A stretch of 64,000 nt of DNA, taken from positions 10,507 through 74,506 of the forward strand of contig CAYTAU010000007.1 of the NCBI GenBank assembly GCA_964435855.1, written 5' to 3'. Source of the stretch: an uncultured Bacteroidales bacterium (GTDB lineage: Bacteria; Bacteroidota; Bacteroidia; Bacteroidales; CAYTAU01). The position numbers and the translations under genes are program-made. The notes under the pieces were generated by a model. It saw nothing but the letters and a program-made list of their open reading frames with translations. It was not told the DNA's origin and searched no databases. Shown piece by piece: positions 60,857 to 64,000 of the stretch. Positions within the stretch are counted from its first letter, which is position 1; every line of letters begins with the position of its first letter.

Positions 60857-61828
60857 TTAATAATTAACCTTTGTTTCGTAATAGTGTTTAGTAATGCTCT
60901 GTACTTTAACAGGAGAGTTGTCGATAAAATAATATTCTCCACCCCAGTTATGTTTAACTTTCAAATAAACGTTTACTTTTCCGTCTTTTTTAATTATTGT
61001 TCTGGTAGTTGTTTTTGACTTTGCTTCAATTACTTCTACTGTTTTGCCATCTTTATATTTTTCTTTTAATTCTTTGTCACGCACTCTTTTTTCTACCACA
61101 AGTTTTGCATAAGCTTTTCTCTTTGGTTTTATATCTTTTTTTGGAACAGGCTTAATTAAGGGTAATTCTTTTTTAAGTTTTGTTATTGTATCCTTCGGAA
61201 TTGTTGCTTCTGCTTCTTTCTCAATAGGTTTAATCTTTTCAATTTCGGCAATTATCTCTTCAGGCTTTTCCTCAACAATAAGTACCGGATCAATATCTTT
61301 TTTTGGTTTTTCTTCAACTACTTCGTTTTCTATAATTTCGGGTTTTCCGTTTTCTCTGTTCATTTCATTTCTTACGTCCAACTCAAGGCGTTTCCACTCT
61401 TCAGGTCTGTTATCAACAGTCGGCTTTGCTTTAATATCCTTATCAAGTTCAGCTAAAAGCATTTCCAAATCATCTTTATTTTCATCTTGTAATGATGCTT
61501 CAATTTTAAGTGCTCTTTCTTCAATTTCTTCAATAAGTTCTTTTGCATCAGTTCTGTCTGATGCTATTTCTTTTTCTATAAATATTGTAATAATATCTTC
61601 GAGCCTGTATTTAGAAAGCTTTTTTTCGGGTGCAATTTTCTGTGCTTTTTTATAAAAATGAATGGCAACGGTATATTGTCCATTATCAAACGACTCGTTT
61701 GCTTTTTTTATAACTTTTTCATATTGCTTTTTAACCTCTTTGTCTTTTATCACACCGGGTTGTGAAAATGAAATTTGACTAAGCAGTGCTATTAACACAA
61801 CACATAATATAAATATTTTTCGGTTCAT
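60857..61828 (-). CDS. secreted Lys/Glu-rich protein with TPR-like N-terminal segment, unknown function
   Basis: Signal peptide, YTVAIHFYKKAQKIAPEKK (TPR-like), and a long KE-rich low-complexity middle. Confidence 0.55.
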   Translation of the reverse strand: MNRKIFILCVVLIALLSQISFSQPGVIKDKEVKKQYEKVIKKANESFDNGQYTVAIHFYKKAQKIAPEKKLSKYRLEDIITIFIEKEIASDRTDAKELIEEIEERALKIEASLQDENKDDLEMLLAELDKDIKAKPTVDNRPEEWKRLELDVRNEMNRENGKPEIIENEVVEEKPKKDIDPVLIVEEKPEEIIAEIEKIKPIEKEAEATIPKDTITKLKKELPLIKPVPKKDIKPKRKAYAKLVVEKRVRDKELKEKYKDGKTVEVIEAKSKTTTRTIIKKDGKVNVYLKVKHNWGGEYYFIDNSPVKVQSITKHYYETKVNY

Positions 61829-61904
61829 ATTCGTTTAAAAATTAGGACTTTCAAAAGTATATATTTTTTCATACATTTGTTTAATAATTTTAAAACAATA
61901 ATTA

Positions 61905-62945
61905 ATGAAAACATTTTCTCCAAAACAACTTTCTATTTACATTGCCCTGTTAACGTCAGTTGTCTCAGGAGTAATATTTGGGCTTTCTGTTTTTATTAAT
62001 GATAGTAGCTTGTGGACGTTTTTAATAATTTTAATTTTATCAATTTTTATAATTGTTTATATCACCGTGTATTCTATAATAAATAAATTTATAGTTGAAA
62101 AAATAAAACCAATATATAAAACTATTCATAACGTAAACATCCCAGATGGTGAATTAAACGAAAATATTGAAGATAAGGACATTATTTCTGTTGTTAAAGA
62201 TGAAGTGGAAGATTGGGCAAAAAATAAAACGCAGGAAATTAAAAAATTAAAAGAAACGGAAAAATACAGAAAAGAATTTTTAGGAAATATTTCTCATGAA
62301 CTTAAAACTCCGGTATTTAATATTCAGGGTTATATTTTAACATTATTAGACGGCGGATTAGATGATAAAACTATTAATAGTAAATACCTGCAAAGAGCCG
62401 AAAAAAGTATTGAAAGACTTATTTCAATTATTAATGACCTTGAAGCAATTTCCAAACTTGAATCGGGTGAGTTTAAGCTTAAATATGAAGATTTTGATAT
62501 TGTAAAATTGATTGAAGATGTTATCGAAACTCATGAAATGTTAACTAAACAAAAGAATATTACACTTAATATTATTAACAGTTCTGAAAAAACAATATTA
62601 GTAAAAGCCGATAAACAACAGATATATCAGGTGGTAAGTAATTTAATTGTTAATACCGTTAAATATGGAAAAGAAAACGGTGAAACTAAAATTGAGTTTT
62701 TTGATATGGATAATTCATTCCTAATCGAAATTAGTGATAACGGAATAGGGATTCCTGAAAATGCAATACCGAGATTATTTGAGCGCTTTTACAGAGTAGA
62801 TCAAAGTCGCTCCAGAGAACAAGGAGGAACAGGACTTGGTCTTGCCATAGTAAAACATATTATTGAAGCACATAATCAAACAATAAATGTAAGAAGCAAG
62901 ATTAATGAAGGCTCTGCGTTTTCGTTTACCTTAAAAAAAGCATAA
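61905..62945 (+). CDS. two-component sensor histidine kinase (PhoR-like architecture)
   Basis: Two TM helices, H-box FLGNISHELKTP, N-box LIVNTVKYG, G1 ISDNGIGIP, G2 GGTGLGLAIVKHI. Confidence 0.9.
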   Translation: MKTFSPKQLSIYIALLTSVVSGVIFGLSVFINDSSLWTFLIILILSIFIIVYITVYSIINKFIVEKIKPIYKTIHNVNIPDGELNENIEDKDIISVVKDEVEDWAKNKTQEIKKLKETEKYRKEFLGNISHELKTPVFNIQGYILTLLDGGLDDKTINSKYLQRAEKSIERLISIINDLEAISKLESGEFKLKYEDFDIVKLIEDVIETHEMLTKQKNITLNIINSSEKTILVKADKQQIYQVVSNLIVNTVKYGKENGETKIEFFDMDNSFLIEISDNGIGIPENAIPRLFERFYRVDQSRSREQGGTGLGLAIVKHIIEAHNQTINVRSKINEGSAFSFTLKKA

Positions 62946-62958
62946 GAATCTTATTTTT

Positions 62959-63027
62959 TTGACGCTGATTCACACGAATTTTTATGATTTTTTTTCTTAT
63001 CATAATAATCAGTGTTCATCTGCGTCA
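62959..63027. terminator. nested palindrome / probable bidirectional terminator between histidine kinase and porin genes
   Basis: tgacgc...gcgtca outer arms and ttatgat-tttttttctt-atcataa inner hairpin. The tracked ORF 62959-63144 merely translates it. Confidence 0.45.
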
Positions 63028-63033
63028 GTTATA

Positions 63034-64000
63034 TCAAATTTTATATCCAAAGTTAATATAAACCATTTGAAAATTACTAATGTCATTAGTATCAGTCATC
63101 CAGCTTTGGTAATTGGCAGATATTTTAATTTTTTTAATTGGTGAAAACTGAACTCCTCCAATTATTGCTTCTCCATTTTTAGTATTATTCCAAGGGTTTT
63201 CTTTATCGCTTAAAATATTTGATTCAAGCTTATCGTATCTGCCAAATATTTGCCATTTTTCATTTATATTAAACATTCCAAAAACAGAAAAACCGTATAG
63301 ATTATGATTAAGATCAAACTCATTATTTTTTTGATAATTGTATCCACTACCAAGCGAAAATAAATTTTTAAATTTATATCCAATAAACGATGCAATAGTT
63401 GATTGAACTACACTTTTTTCGGAATAATCGTAATAAAACCTTACAGAAAACCCTTTAAAAGGGAATAGTGATATACCTGCTCCTGCTTTGTATGTGTTAT
63501 CTATTTGTAGTCTTGTATAACCTTCGCCATTCATAATTGTAAGATCTACACTTACATATTTATTTAGTTTATAAAATACACTTGAACCAATATCAGCGCT
63601 TGAACCAAATTTGTATTTATCTTGAAATGATTTTTCAATATACCTGTGTGCCCAGAATTTTTCCTGAAACTTAAATTGATGTAAACTTATAATTCCAAAA
63701 TTCCATGTAAGCTTTCCTTTTTTATAACTAAGTTCAGCTGTTTTAAAATACGCATATCTTCCTAATAACGAATATTGTGATTCATCATTGGGATTTCCAA
63801 TGTCAAGTTTTATGCAAGTAGAAAATTCTTCCGACATTTGATATTTATATCCAAGATATGCTCGTTTTATTTCAAATCCCGAATTATTGTATTCATCGGT
63901 AATGCTTGTATTAAAATTACTGAAAATACTCACAATTGGTTTCCCTTTTGGAACAAATTCAGTTGTATCGCTATTCCCTGAAAACAAATTAAATGAAATT
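63034..64000 (-). CDS. outer-membrane beta-barrel porin (possibly phosphate-selective porin O/P-like), 5' end outside the window
   Basis: Alternating-strand pattern and aromatic girdle residues. The frame stays open upstream of the tracked TTG at 63987 up to nt 64000, and no signal peptide is seen, so the gene is truncated by the window edge. Confidence 0.55.
   Translation of the reverse strand, partial: ISFNLFSGNSDTTEFVPKGKPIVSIFSNFNTSITDEYNNSGFEIKRAYLGYKYQMSEEFSTCIKLDIGNPNDESQYSLLGRYAYFKTAELSYKKGKLTWNFGIISLHQFKFQEKFWAHRYIEKSFQDKYKFGSSADIGSSVFYKLNKYVSVDLTIMNGEGYTRLQIDNTYKAGAGISLFPFKGFSVRFYYDYSEKSVVQSTIASFIGYKFKNLFSLGSGYNYQKNNEFDLNHNLYGFSVFGMFNINEKWQIFGRYDKLESNILSDKENPWNNTKNGEAIIGGVQFSPIKKIKISANYQSWMTDTNDISNFQMVYINFGYKI

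Noticed and set aside
1-64000. CRISPR arrays, rRNA genes, intact IS elements or integrases.
   Set aside because: There are no regularly spaced short direct repeats with unique spacers, no rRNA-like conserved blocks, and no ORF with transposase or integrase motifs apart from the RAYT remnant.

Overview
This is an AT-rich chromosomal segment from a member of the Bacteroidota. Supporting signs are type A and type B T9SS C-terminal sorting domains, a PorP/SprF gene and TAnnTTTG-type -7 boxes. Region 1-19.4 kb is a cell-surface/T9SS cargo cluster. It holds two tandem secreted tail-collar-domain paralogs, two giant PKD-domain adhesin-like proteins split by a DUF1016/YhcG PDDEXK nuclease gene, a PorP/SprF gene with an unusual C-terminal extension, a TonB-dependent receptor, and an M1 peptidase-TolC-T9SS cargo operon. 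Region 19.4-25 kb is housekeeping (rsmG, clpS-nfeD-floA, a receiver protein, tRNA-Arg). Region 25.5-30.9 kb is a 1796-aa C25 (gingipain-like) peptidase containing six near-identical tandem repeats. Region 31-41.6 kb carries a TonB receptor, a thioester alpha-2-macroglobulin, an ABC ATPase, a PduO-type adenosyltransferase and DUF2795. This block is bracketed by mirrored arrays of REP-like hairpins, with the remnant of a RAYT/IS200-like transposase just inside the left array. Region 42.4-57.7 kb looks accessory. It contains small secreted, membrane and MORN(YwqK)-repeat genes separated by mosaic intergenic repeats, a MITE-like element, a translationally coupled 1001-aa N6-adenine methyltransferase plus PD-(D/E)xK protein, and a decayed second DUF1016 gene. 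The window ends with a GH3-like/beta-lactamase-family fusion, a histidine kinase and a partial porin. I recognised no rRNA, CRISPR array, intact transposase/integrase or prophage. The best candidates for something new are the atypical R-M-like pair and the repeat-delimited, cassette-like island beside it. Several tracked ORF starts (TTG/GTG) probably overshoot the true start, and I adjusted those where a signal peptide or conserved N-terminus made the start clear.
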